From Eledone cirrhosa (Eukaryota): a stretch of DNA of 64,000 nucleotides. A program made the translations under genes and the position numbers. Below the pieces are notes generated by a model. That model ran no database searches, was not told the DNA's origin, and worked only from the letters and a program-made list of their open reading frames with translations. How positions within the stretch are numbered: position 1 is the first letter of the stretch; each line of letters starts with the position of its first letter. Below are positions 54,020-64,000 of the stretch, piece by piece. Where the stretch lies: positions 358,980,001 through 359,044,000 of the forward strand of contig OZ024741.1 in assembly GCA_964016885.1 (NCBI GenBank), given 5' to 3'.

Positions 54020-54331
54020 CAACTTATCCTCTCAACTATTTTGTGTGGGGTGTCATGGAGAGGGAGGTGAACAGCAGGCCCTACAACATCAAGGAAGTTC
54101 TCAAGGCAACCATCAGGGATGCCATGACCAACATGTACAGGGACGCCATCACCAAGGTCTGCTCTGGCATACAATCTCATCTGGAGAAAGTGGTGGCTAC
54201 ATCAAGTGATATTTGTACCCTATATATGTGCCTAACTGTGCATAAAATTTCATTGAAAAATATTAATTTGTTATATAAAAAACGCTGTTTTTATTATTCA
54301 TTAATTTTTTCTAGATTTATCTGTGCCACAC

Positions 54332-54335
<4 letters not shown>
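54020..54335 (+). mobile_element. Tc1/mariner 3' fragment
   Basis: PLNYFVWGVMEREVN...LKATIRDA...LEKVV C-terminal signature. Confidence 0.65.
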
Positions 54336-54377
<42 letters not shown>

Positions 54378-54439
54378 TGCACACGCACAAACACACACAC
54401 AAACACACATATACACACACACATATATATACATACATC

Positions 54440-54702
54440 ATAAGTGATACAGACATGTAATGTGCATGGATGATGATGAATGCTGGGTGAAGAAGTGCCA
54501 GGAAATCCTAGTGAAAGAAAGTCGCAGTAGAGGTAGACCAAGAAAGATCTAGGCAGATTTGGTGAGAGCTGACCTCAAATTACTGAAACTCACAGGGGTG
54601 ATGATGAATGGATGCAGTGAGAGGGTAGATACTGTGCTGAGATGGACCCATCCAAACCATCTAAGCGTGGAAATATGGTCGTAAAAACAATGATGATGAT
54701 GA
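54440..54702 (+). mobile_element. RTE LINE 3' terminal fragment
   Basis: HVMCMDDDECWVKKC...RGRPRK remnant plus (GAT)n tail. Confidence 0.65.
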
Positions 54703-55819
54703 TATATTGCTGGTGCCATGACAAAAGCACCTTGCCAACAGTGTAAGTTGGTTGTGATAGTGCCATGACAAAAAGTACCTAGGCCATCCTATTAGGTGGT
54801 AGTGCCAGTGCCACAATCAAAACACCCAGTTCACTTTGTAAGGTAGCAATGCTGGGGCCATGAAAAAAGGTTCTCTGTACATACTGCAAAATGGTTGGTA
54901 TTAAAAAGGGTATACAGCCATAGAAAACTAAGCCAAAATTAGAGCCTATGAATAAGACATGGTCACCTGACCTGTTCAGTCTCATAATGTGACAACCTGT
55001 CTAACCCATGCAAACATGGAAAATAAGCATTAAATGGTGATGATGATATATACATATATACACATATATATATACAGTGACACTCAAAATGCTCCCCCAC
55101 CTCATTTTGTTTTCCCTTTGAAGTGAGAAGTATTAAATTATATGGAAGAGAGTGTTAAAAAGTAGGCCAACTGTCATCATGTTACATTAATGTGTCAAGT
55201 GGTCACTCAGCAGTGACACATTACGCACATGCACACATTCCAGCCAGGCCAAACTACCCACATTTCTTACATGCAGTACACAGTACTGTGCAGTGATGTA
55301 CGCATGTACATACATAAATAAATACATACATACATGATGATGGCTGCCCCCTCATTATCGAGTATGGCCAATGCATGATATACTATTATTAATAATTATT
55401 AATTAATTCTATCGTGCAAAGACTGTGCGTGAAGATATTTTTTAAAGTGAGGAAATACTGTGCACTGAGCCAATCTCACTCTCTGAGAAACAGTAGCTAT
55501 AACCCGAAAAGAAGAAAAGATCCACATCATCGGTAACTACTGAGTTGCAGGTTTTATATTGGAATTATCCCAGTTTCCTGAGTTGCCTTCTCCTAGAAGA
55601 ATGCCCTGACAAAGGCTAGGGATCCTTCACTCCCAGTGTTTTAACCGTGCGGTACAATTGTATAATTTACACACTTTTGGATGGCCGTTGACTTTTAGGA
55701 GTTCTTCCGCCCTTTGTCAGGTTTTGTTTTTTGTCCTGCAGGTTGTCCAAAATCACCCTCCTCACCAAGTACTTACATACATACATACAACATACATATG
55801 ATCATACAATCATACATAC

Positions 55820-56145
55820 ATGGAAGGCACTCCGTCGGTTATGACAAGTCTTCTAGTTGATCCGATAAACGGATAGCCTGCTCGTGAAATTAACGTGCAA
55901 GTGGCTGAACATTCCACAAACACATGTACCCTTAACATAGTTCTCAGGGAAATTCGGCATGACACAGAATGTGACAAGGCTGGCCCTTCGAATTACAGAT
56001 ACAACTTATTTTTACCAGCTGAGTGGATTAGAGCAATGTGAAATAAAGTGTCTTGCTCAAGGACACAGCCTGCCGCTAGGAATCGAACTCAAGACCTTGC
56101 GATTGTGAGCCGAATTCCCTGACCACAAAAACACACGCCTTCACA
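55820..56145 (-). mobile_element. Related tRNA-SINE with the same body but a different tail
   Basis: gtgtcttgctcaaggacac body, tRNA-like head at about 56080-56140, (CATA)n tail. Confidence 0.7.
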
Positions 56146-56382
56146 TACATACATATTTGCTACCTAATAATAATAATAACAATAACAATTCTTTCTAACA
56201 TTGGCACAAGGTGAGAAATTTTGGGGAAGGGGCAAGTTGATTATATCAACCCAGTACTTGACTGGTACCCTATTTTATCAATTCAGAAGGATGAAAATCG
56301 AACAAAGTATGTAAAGAGTCAAAACAAATACCACAAAGTATTTTGTCCAATGCTTTAATAATTCTGCCAATCCACTGCTCTA

Positions 56383-56600
56383 ATAATTGTTTCTTATATA
56401 GGCACAAGGCCAGCAATTTTGGGGGAGGGGAAAGTCGATTAAATCGACCCCAGTGCGTGACTGGTACTTTATTTTATCGACCCCGTAAGGATGAAATCAA
56501 AGTGAACCTCGGCAGGATTTGAACTCAGAGTGTAAAGGGTCGTAACTCTATACTGCAAAGCATGGTGTCCGACCTTCTACTGATTACTGCCAATCCACCT
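56383..56600 (-). mobile_element. Nin/Deu-domain-like tRNA SINE with (TTA)n tail (copies near 1, 3870, 12030, 12900, 15045, 15205, 22950, 45115, 56190, 56990, 61465, 62470)
   Basis: gagttcaaatcc B box followed by gcctttcatccttacggggtcgataaaataaagtaccag; family naming is from recall. Confidence 0.75.
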
Positions 56601-57796
56601 AATCTAATAATAATAATAATAATAACAACGGAAAGGAGTAAATAGCCAGAAAACTGGAAGAAAATGAATAAAACTGATTTCCGTTTTGAGGCAAGCCAAT
56701 AACTCTAAAAGCTGTGTGCTATATTTGCTGGCTTCCCTCAGGCAACAGACAGTTATGCCAAAGAGACAACAACAATAACAGAAACTATATAAAAACCAAC
56801 AAACATCTAAAACTAAATAATAAATGGATTATTGTGTGTTAAATGCCTTTTATTTTAACGTTACATTGTTTATTTTATAGTACCGTAGTATTGCATTGAA
56901 ACAACACACTGTTAAAACACGTAATTTATTAGTTGAATTAGCAAGTCAGGTATGTATTTATCATTATCATCATCAACAAATCACTAACTCTGGGCTGATA
57001 TATTATTTATCAACCTCGAAAGGATGAAACATCAAAGTTCACCTTGGCAGGATTTGAACTCAGAATGCACAGAGCTAGAACAGATATTTCAAAGCATTCC
57101 ATCTGACTCTTTAACAATCCCCTGCTGCTGCTGGACTGGTACTTTATTTATCGACCAAGAAGGATGAAAAGCAAAATTAATCTCAGCAGGATTTTAACTC
57201 AGAGTGAAGCATGTAATCTGGTGCCCTAATGACACTGCCAATTCACTTCTTTAACCCAAGCCAAAACAGGCTCTAGTTCTATGAAACAAAATCACCCATT
57301 AAAATATTCCAGCATATAAATATATATATATGAAACAAATCACCATTAAAATATATATATATGCTGGAATATCTTAATTTAAATAGGAACCCTTCAAAAT
57401 GGGTGATTTTGTTTCATAGAACTAGAGCCTGTTTTGGCCTGGGTTAAAGCATATATATATATATAAGAACCATATGTTGTTGTTATTTTTTTAGGAACAA
57501 AATAATTAATCATTTTAGTACATCACTAAATTTTCTTCCTTAATCTTTTTGATAACCCAGCCAAAACTGACTGTTTCTATAGATCAAAAGTACACATTTT
57601 AAAAAGTTCCTATTTTAATTAAAATTTCCAACATGATTTTATATAAGAACCACATGTTAGGTTGATATCTTGGTAATCAATAAATTAGTAAATCCTTCAA
57701 AGTTCTTAAGTAATTAATTGAAATAGTATCTCATTAGAAATACAGCGACAAAAGGATTCAACTAATAAAATGAAACATTAAAATCTAAATACATAC

Positions 57797-58075
57797 ACTT
57801 GTGTCCTCTTCATCTTTTGGGATATTCATTTTGCCTGGACGAGAGATTTTACGATTGGCTGAATTCATCACTGGAGTTGTGGTTACACTTGGTACTGAAG
57901 AAGTTTCTTCGTCTTTCTCCTTGTCTTTTTCCTTCTCTTCTCCAACACCACTGGCACCACCAACACCGCCTCCACAACCAGTTGCTCCCCCCACAGCCAC
58001 TGTGGCCCCACCACCTCCTTTCTCAGATTTATCTGTGTTTCGGAATCGTGCTCGTATGACATTCCTCAAACTCAT
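57797..58075 (-). CDS. GRAMD4: GRAMD4 first confidently coding exon (MSLRNVIRARFRN...KDEEDTS); exon acceptor at 58153
   Basis: Acceptor ttttcag before 58153, ATG at 58075, donor AGT|gtatgt in phase 0 matching the next exon. Gly-rich and KEKD tracts. The start codon choice is inferred. Confidence 0.75.
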
Positions 58076-59493
58076 TGCGTCTTGCAAGGGTATCCCTCTC
58101 AGCTGGTCATGACCACATTGGAACTCATTCCAATTTAGCAGTAAATTAAAAGTCTGAAAATATAACAAAATAGATAAAAGAATATTAATGACATTTTATT
58201 AATTATTATTTTTTAAATTTTTTTATAGAAAGTATTAAGTCTTAACATCCTGAAATGATTTAGTAGTAAACATCTAAAAATGGGTTTGTTAATTCAAATA
58301 TTTAGAACAACTTTACTAGTGGACAGACTATAACAAAAATTTGCAGTATTGGAGTAAAGACTTACATTTTTAATGTAATGCAGTCATAGTGTTGTTTTGT
58401 GCGTTACAAGAATGTTTTGTTAATGTTATTTCATGTGATACAGGATGTTATGAGGTAACAGAATATAAAGCTATACGTTTTTGTAGTTTTATTTAACAGT
58501 TTTCTTTAAAAAGAATGGGAGCCAGATAGTGTGAAATATATGAAGGTGAATGAGCAAATGTGTCTGTGTATGTGCGTGTGTGTGTGTGCGTGTGTGTGTG
58601 TACGTGTGTGTGTGTGTGTGTGTGTGTTATCAGAGGGCTTGTGGTTTATTTCAGAGAGGTCATGAGTTTGATTCTGGAAGTAGGCACTACATTGAGCCCT
58701 TCACTAAAACACTATTCCATGTGGCTCCAATCCACTCACATAGAAACATATGTTGCAATAACATAGGTACTAAGTTGTATCAGCCTTTGCCTTTCCCTTT
58801 GGATAACATCAATGACGCAAAGAGGGGAGACTGGGATGCTGGGCTTCCACAAAACACCTTGCTCAGGCTTGCACTTTGGAGATGATGATGATGACAATGG
58901 AATATTATAATATAGTAGGTATCACTTATGAGAGCTGGATCAAGTATTTAATACTCTACTACAGTGGGCAAAGTCTACTCCAGTGATTATTTTTTAAATT
59001 AACTAAGACACATATACAGTGATTCTATAAGAAACATCATGACGAAGGTTTTGAAAAGAGTTAAAATGAAAGCAGCAAATCTGCTGCCAAAATGTAGTTA
59101 AACCTTAAGGAAAGAGACTATCACAAAATGTCAGTGTGCTAAATATAATTTAAAAGCAAACACACACACACATCATCATACGTCCGCTTTTCCCTGCTTG
59201 CAAGGGTGGAACGGGTCTTATTCAGCAGATATATATATATCTTAAGAGCCAACTATTAGTATTATTGTTGTATATTTGTACATCTTGATATTTTTCCAAC
59301 AGAGGACATATTTAAATGCTTATTTTCACTCCAGTGCTAATCAAATATTTTACATTTATTTTTAATTTTTGGTTTGGTTGATTTCTCCACACTTTATTTT
59401 TATACTACCTGAATAAACTGAAAATTGTTCTAAGATTGTTGTTGTTTTTATTATTATTATAATAGTTTATATATATATATATATATTATATAT

Positions 59494-59681
59494 AAAGATA
59501 CAGGACCTAGATGGCTGAGCTCCAGCTGTTTCGACAGCTAGATCTGAGTTCAGATCTAGTTATCGAAACGGCCAGATGTCAGCCGTCAGAGTCCTGAATC
59601 TTTTCATATTATCCACTCTACAACTTCAAGTATCGAGTACTCTGGTGAGTAATGGTCTAGCTGATTTTTACCACATCCTAC

Positions 59682-59685
<4 letters not shown>
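59494..59685. mobile_element. Short fold-back element between (TA)n tracts
   Basis: Imperfect hairpin 59494-59604 (CGAAAC plus palindromic core) with a unique 3' extension. Confidence 0.45.
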
Positions 59686-59727
<42 letters not shown>

Positions 59728-60364
59728 GAATGGTGAATTGGCAGTATTGGTAGGGCCTTGAAGAAAATGATTTGCAGTATTTTGTTAAACCTTTCTACAT
59801 TCTGAGTTTAAATCCCATCAAGGTCAACTTTGTAGAAACTAAGCTAAAATATAGAACATGAGCAAGACATGGTTCCCGTGACAAACCATTCAACCCTTGC
59901 TAGAATAGAAAACGGATGTATGTTGATGATGATAATTTATGATATAATTGTTATGCAATGGGAAATTATGTACACATAGCCACACACACAACTACACACA
60001 CACTAATCCCAACAAGGTGTTAGTCACTGTCTAGTGTATAGTTGTATATAGTTGATATAATTATAGTCCATCACTTCACTTGATGACATTCAAGGGGTGA
60101 CTTATATTAAACTTCAGAATTCTAATGATTTTAATTCCTACCCACACACATATACACACAAATGAACATATACATGAATGCATGCACACATGGTTGCACA
60201 AACACATACATACATATAAACAACACAACAAGCATTTGAAGGTTATTTCCTATGCTAAAGCAGGGTTAGTCTAATAGACCCCATGATTTCTTTACAATTA
60301 TTTTATACTTGTAACTCAGATGTCGTAGTTCTTTGGGCAATAACAAAAACATACTTTGAAGAAG

Positions 60365-60398
<34 letters not shown>

Positions 60399-60400
60399 GA

Positions 60401-60594
60401 TATTATCCTGGATTCAATCGGGGGTAATCACAGTAAGTAAGGTACTCAATACATAGCAGAGTATCAATATTTAATATAGAAATGGCTTCTACAGGACTAG
60501 AACCGTTTCATTCGGAGGAAATCATCAGAAAGTGCTTTCCTGATGATTTCCTCTGAATGAAACAGTTTTAGTCCTGTAGAAGCCATTTCTATAT

Positions 60595-60601
<7 letters not shown>
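60401..60601. mobile_element. Fold-back repeat family member (related pieces at 2857-2945, about 3300-3546, 25780-25945, 30135-30180, 42222-42255)
   Basis: Palindrome 60467-60601 containing CTGATGA..GAAAC; shared ggcttctacaggactagaactgtttcatt and gagtaccttac...ttacccccgattgaa motifs; TA flanks. Confidence 0.55.
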
Positions 60602-60637
<36 letters not shown>

Positions 60638-63436
60638 GTATGAGGTTAACAGAAAAGGGATGTGTGGATCACATTATGGTATGGTCTGTCGGTTGTGAAG
60701 CAGATAAAAAGAAGCACTCAACGACCTGTATAAATGGTACAAGATGGAGCATTATATATTAATAAAAGATGGGAGGCCATATTCAGTCGATTCAGGCTTA
60801 TTTAAAAACTCAGTTACACATATTTCACTGAGAACTATCAGTTAAGATAGCCTGAACTCTTCAGACAGCAAACTCTAAAATAAACATGGTTATCGAAGAA
60901 ACAACACCACATATTCCATCACACGGGGTATTTTACACCTCACGCGTAATTTTCTAAGCTATTTTATTAGTAGCAATCAACTTTTGTTATTGTTATTTTC
61001 TGCATCTGGGATTCCCACATATTCAAATTTCAAATCACCCGGTTCTTTCATGTCTCATAATATATCCATATATTTCCATGCAAGCATGGAAAAGCTGCCG
61101 TAAAAACGATGATGATGTGTGTGTATATATATAGCTGTATGTGATTGATGGATAGGAAAAAAGAGTATTCAGTACTGAAGTAGAGTTTAAATATTCATTT
61201 TATTATGACTAAATAGTGAGTCTTGTTACTCTGGAGTTTTGCCTGTTTACCACAGGGTCAATAATATAGTCTATTCTTTCTCTAACCACCAAACATCAAA
61301 TTTTTACACATCTACTAATTTTAGTAATTATGTCAACACTCTTTAGTAAGTTAGAGATTCTCAGTTTGTCTCTTGTAACCCTCAGCATCTGTTGGTGGTG
61401 AGTTATATTGCTAAGTGTAAGGCTAACATTTATGTCTTTATTGTATTACATAATATATTAGGGCTGCAGATTGGCAGAATCGTTAGAGTGTTGGACAATA
61501 TACTTCGCTGCAATTAGTTATGGCCCTTTACACTCAGAGTTCAAATCCCACCAAGATTGACTTTGCCTTTCATCTTTCTGGGGTCAATAAAATAAATTAC
61601 CAGTGAAGTACTGTGGCCAATAAAATAAAGTACCAGCAATGTACTGGGGATAATATAATCAACTTTTCCCTCCCCTCAAATTGCTGGCCATGTGCATAAA
61701 TCAGAAACCACTATATTACATAATATGTTTAAAAAGAACAACAGGTTATTCAAATTGAGCTATGTATCTTTCAACTTGTATATCACATATCATCACAATG
61801 AAAGACAGCAGTGCTAAAAGATATCACAGAGCTTGGTTCTCAATGATTTAGAGATGAGTTATTTTTATAATTCTATTTTTCCCATGCTTGCACGTGTTAA
61901 GTCTGGAGCTTATTCCAGCTTGAAAGGCATTAAGTGACTGAGAGTACAAGATTCCCCACTGGATGAGAGACCAATCAGTTGCAGAGCTAACCCCCATATG
62001 TTGCTGGTACTCATTTTAAGTTGAGTGAACTGGAGCAAGTCTAGGAATTGAACCCACAACCTTATACGTAACTGTAAGTCCAATACTCTAACCACTAGGC
62101 CATGCGCCTTAATGGGAGCAGATGATATAGGGAACAAGGGAAATTCTGAATTTCTCATAGCATCATCCTCATATAGTCAATCTTGGGTACCTTTAGTGGA
62201 GTCTACTTGGCTGTAAGCATTAAGTGTAGATCTAAAGAGAGTCAATAACTCCCTCTCCCCAGTCATGAAGACTTGAATAAGGATACAGGCACTGCTCTTC
62301 CTCCTCTCACTAAACCATTGTATGTACATACTGACTCATAACTCATGGTGGAGTCGTAAAGGTGTAGTACTTGCATATGGTGTGTCTTGAGCATTCCAAA
62401 TCTGGTTGACCCCATCCCTTTCAAGGTCCAAACATAACCGATTTCCTTCAGAGAGAAAGTGATATAGTGGAAGAATCAACCCCAATACTAGACTGGTGCT
62501 TTATTAATTGACCTTGAAAGGATAAATAACAAAGTTGACCTCAAAAGAATGAAAGGCAAAGTTGACCTTGGTGAAATTTGAACTCATGGCATAGAACACT
62601 AACACAAACACCAAAAAGCATTATATTTGATGTTCTAATAACTCAGCTGCCTAAACCATTAAAGGGAAAAAAAGGTTATGAAGTTGATGTTAGAAGCAGT
62701 AACACAGAACCATCTTTGAGGGTAGGAGACTAACTCAAAGGCCAACACAAAGGGTAGAAACTCTAGCTACGCCCAGGGCTGATGTTACCATTAAGGCCAA
62801 CATAGCAGCCACCTAAGGCACAGACCTCATTACTGAACCTTAGAGAATCACAATTTTATAAAAATTTGTTTAATTAAATTAAACATATAATAATTTCCTC
62901 CAATCATTAAGTAAATTACTTCACATCTTTTCCACATGTTATGGAAATATCCAAAGAAATTGAAAATAAGGACAACGTCAACTTTTACAACAGTTACAAG
63001 AACAACAGAAACGACAAGAAAAAGAAGCAATGGTGATGAAAGGTGTGGGTGTATACATACATACAATCATACATACACATGCATACATACATACACATAT
63101 ATACACACACAGGCCGGCGTTGGTGTTTGATGAGGTTGAGAACCTGGTCAGCTTTCAGCCAGAGCTGTGATATATAAACACACACTAATAAACTAAGATA
63201 GAATACAATAACCAAAACACAGTGACCCAAATGTGAACACGCACACCAAACACTATACACACACGCAAACGCATGTGCAAAGACGAAGACAAAAATAAAT
63301 AAATAGATAAAATAAAAATGGCGTAGACATTACAATTCATACAATACAGGAGGGGAAACATGATAATAGTACCACTGATGATGTTGCAGATGTGCAACGA
63401 AAGAACTTTGTTAGACTATATATATATGTATTAATA

Positions 63437-63755
63437 TCTCAGACCGGGTGATGTGTTGTTTCCTTGAGCAAGACACTTTATTCCTCATTGCTCCAGTTTA
63501 CTCAGCTATAGAAATGAGATGATAGGACTGGGGTCCCTATCATTCCACTGCAAAGTGGTCGTGGAGGTGCCACGGCAAAAAAGCGCTCAGCCCACACTGT
63601 AAAGTGGACGTGTAGGCGCCATGGAAAAAAAGCACCCAGCAATGTAAATGAGGTTGGTGTTAGGAGGGGGCATCCAGCTGTAGAAATCGAGCCAGAATCA
63701 GTTCCCGTCCCACCCTTGCAAGCAGGGAAAAGCGGGCGTAAAATGATGATGATGA
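63437..63755 (+). mobile_element. Same SINE family, 5'-truncated
   Basis: Starts just after the B box; two 48-bp units; tail. Confidence 0.82.
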
Positions 63756-64000
63756 GGATGACGATCTGTATTTTTGACCGTTGGTCAGTCAGTGATAAAC
63801 ATTGATGACCAAATGAATTAACTGTGGGGATATAAAAGATGCAGAAGCGGAAACCAACCAAACAGTGAGTGTGTGCTGTTATTATTTCTGGCAATATTAT
63901 TACAACAATATGACCCTCCCCAAGTATAACAATATTTGTTTCGACACGATTTCATATAAAAAACTTTGCAAAACAAATTCATCGCCGTCATTATATATAT

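Larger units (their letters stand above)
1336..58075 (-). other. GRAMD4: GRAM domain-containing protein 4 orthologue, multi-exon gene (13 coding exons in window; 3' GRAM-domain exons beyond the left edge)
   Basis: Manually spliced GT-AG exons join in frame. The peptide follows vertebrate GRAMD4 as I recall it: coiled coil (HLQEQLVAIMIENQAL..KQELDYEKSR), DPLTVRKLKNNITRF, SWRSPSYTLFVFTVYMYSAWYG, VSDKFSVVLQVAKKVQNTLGILADTLEKVNSLLTW, GIKVFIIDYMFEHFPRLKEKYD..LWENLPT. Confidence 0.9.

Noticed and set aside
60540-60580. Functional hammerhead in the 60.5 kb palindrome
   Set aside because: Core-like words are present but no stem I pairing next to a cleavage triplet; kept only as a degenerate candidate

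Overview
AT-rich, microsatellite- and transposon-dense animal genomic DNA. The repeat spectrum resembles a coleoid cephalopod such as Octopus, which is an inference from the SINE/RTE content. The window is spanned by one minus-strand gene, a GRAMD4 orthologue. I traced 13 coding exons by hand between 58075 and 1336, all GT-AG and phase-consistent, including a 26-nt microexon; the GRAM-domain exons should lie left of the window. The introns hold a near-full-length RTE-clade LINE (APE + RT) with a PHD-type C4HC3 finger inserted inside the RT, two truncated relatives, tRNA-SINEs sharing that LINE's 3' tail, piggyBac-type MITEs, a decayed piggyBac, mariner/Tc1, R4-like, Tx1-like and CR1-like fragments, and several minisatellites. 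The most interesting signal is a set of mutually unrelated short non-coding fold-back elements sitting in (TA)n tracts. Two of them (9507-9940 and 52305-53598) contain complete minimal type I hammerhead ribozyme folds, and others carry degenerate cores. This is the architecture of Penelope-like pLTRs/retrozymes. In both cases an intact ribozyme lies in the sense of the host pre-mRNA, preceded by its own antisense copy.
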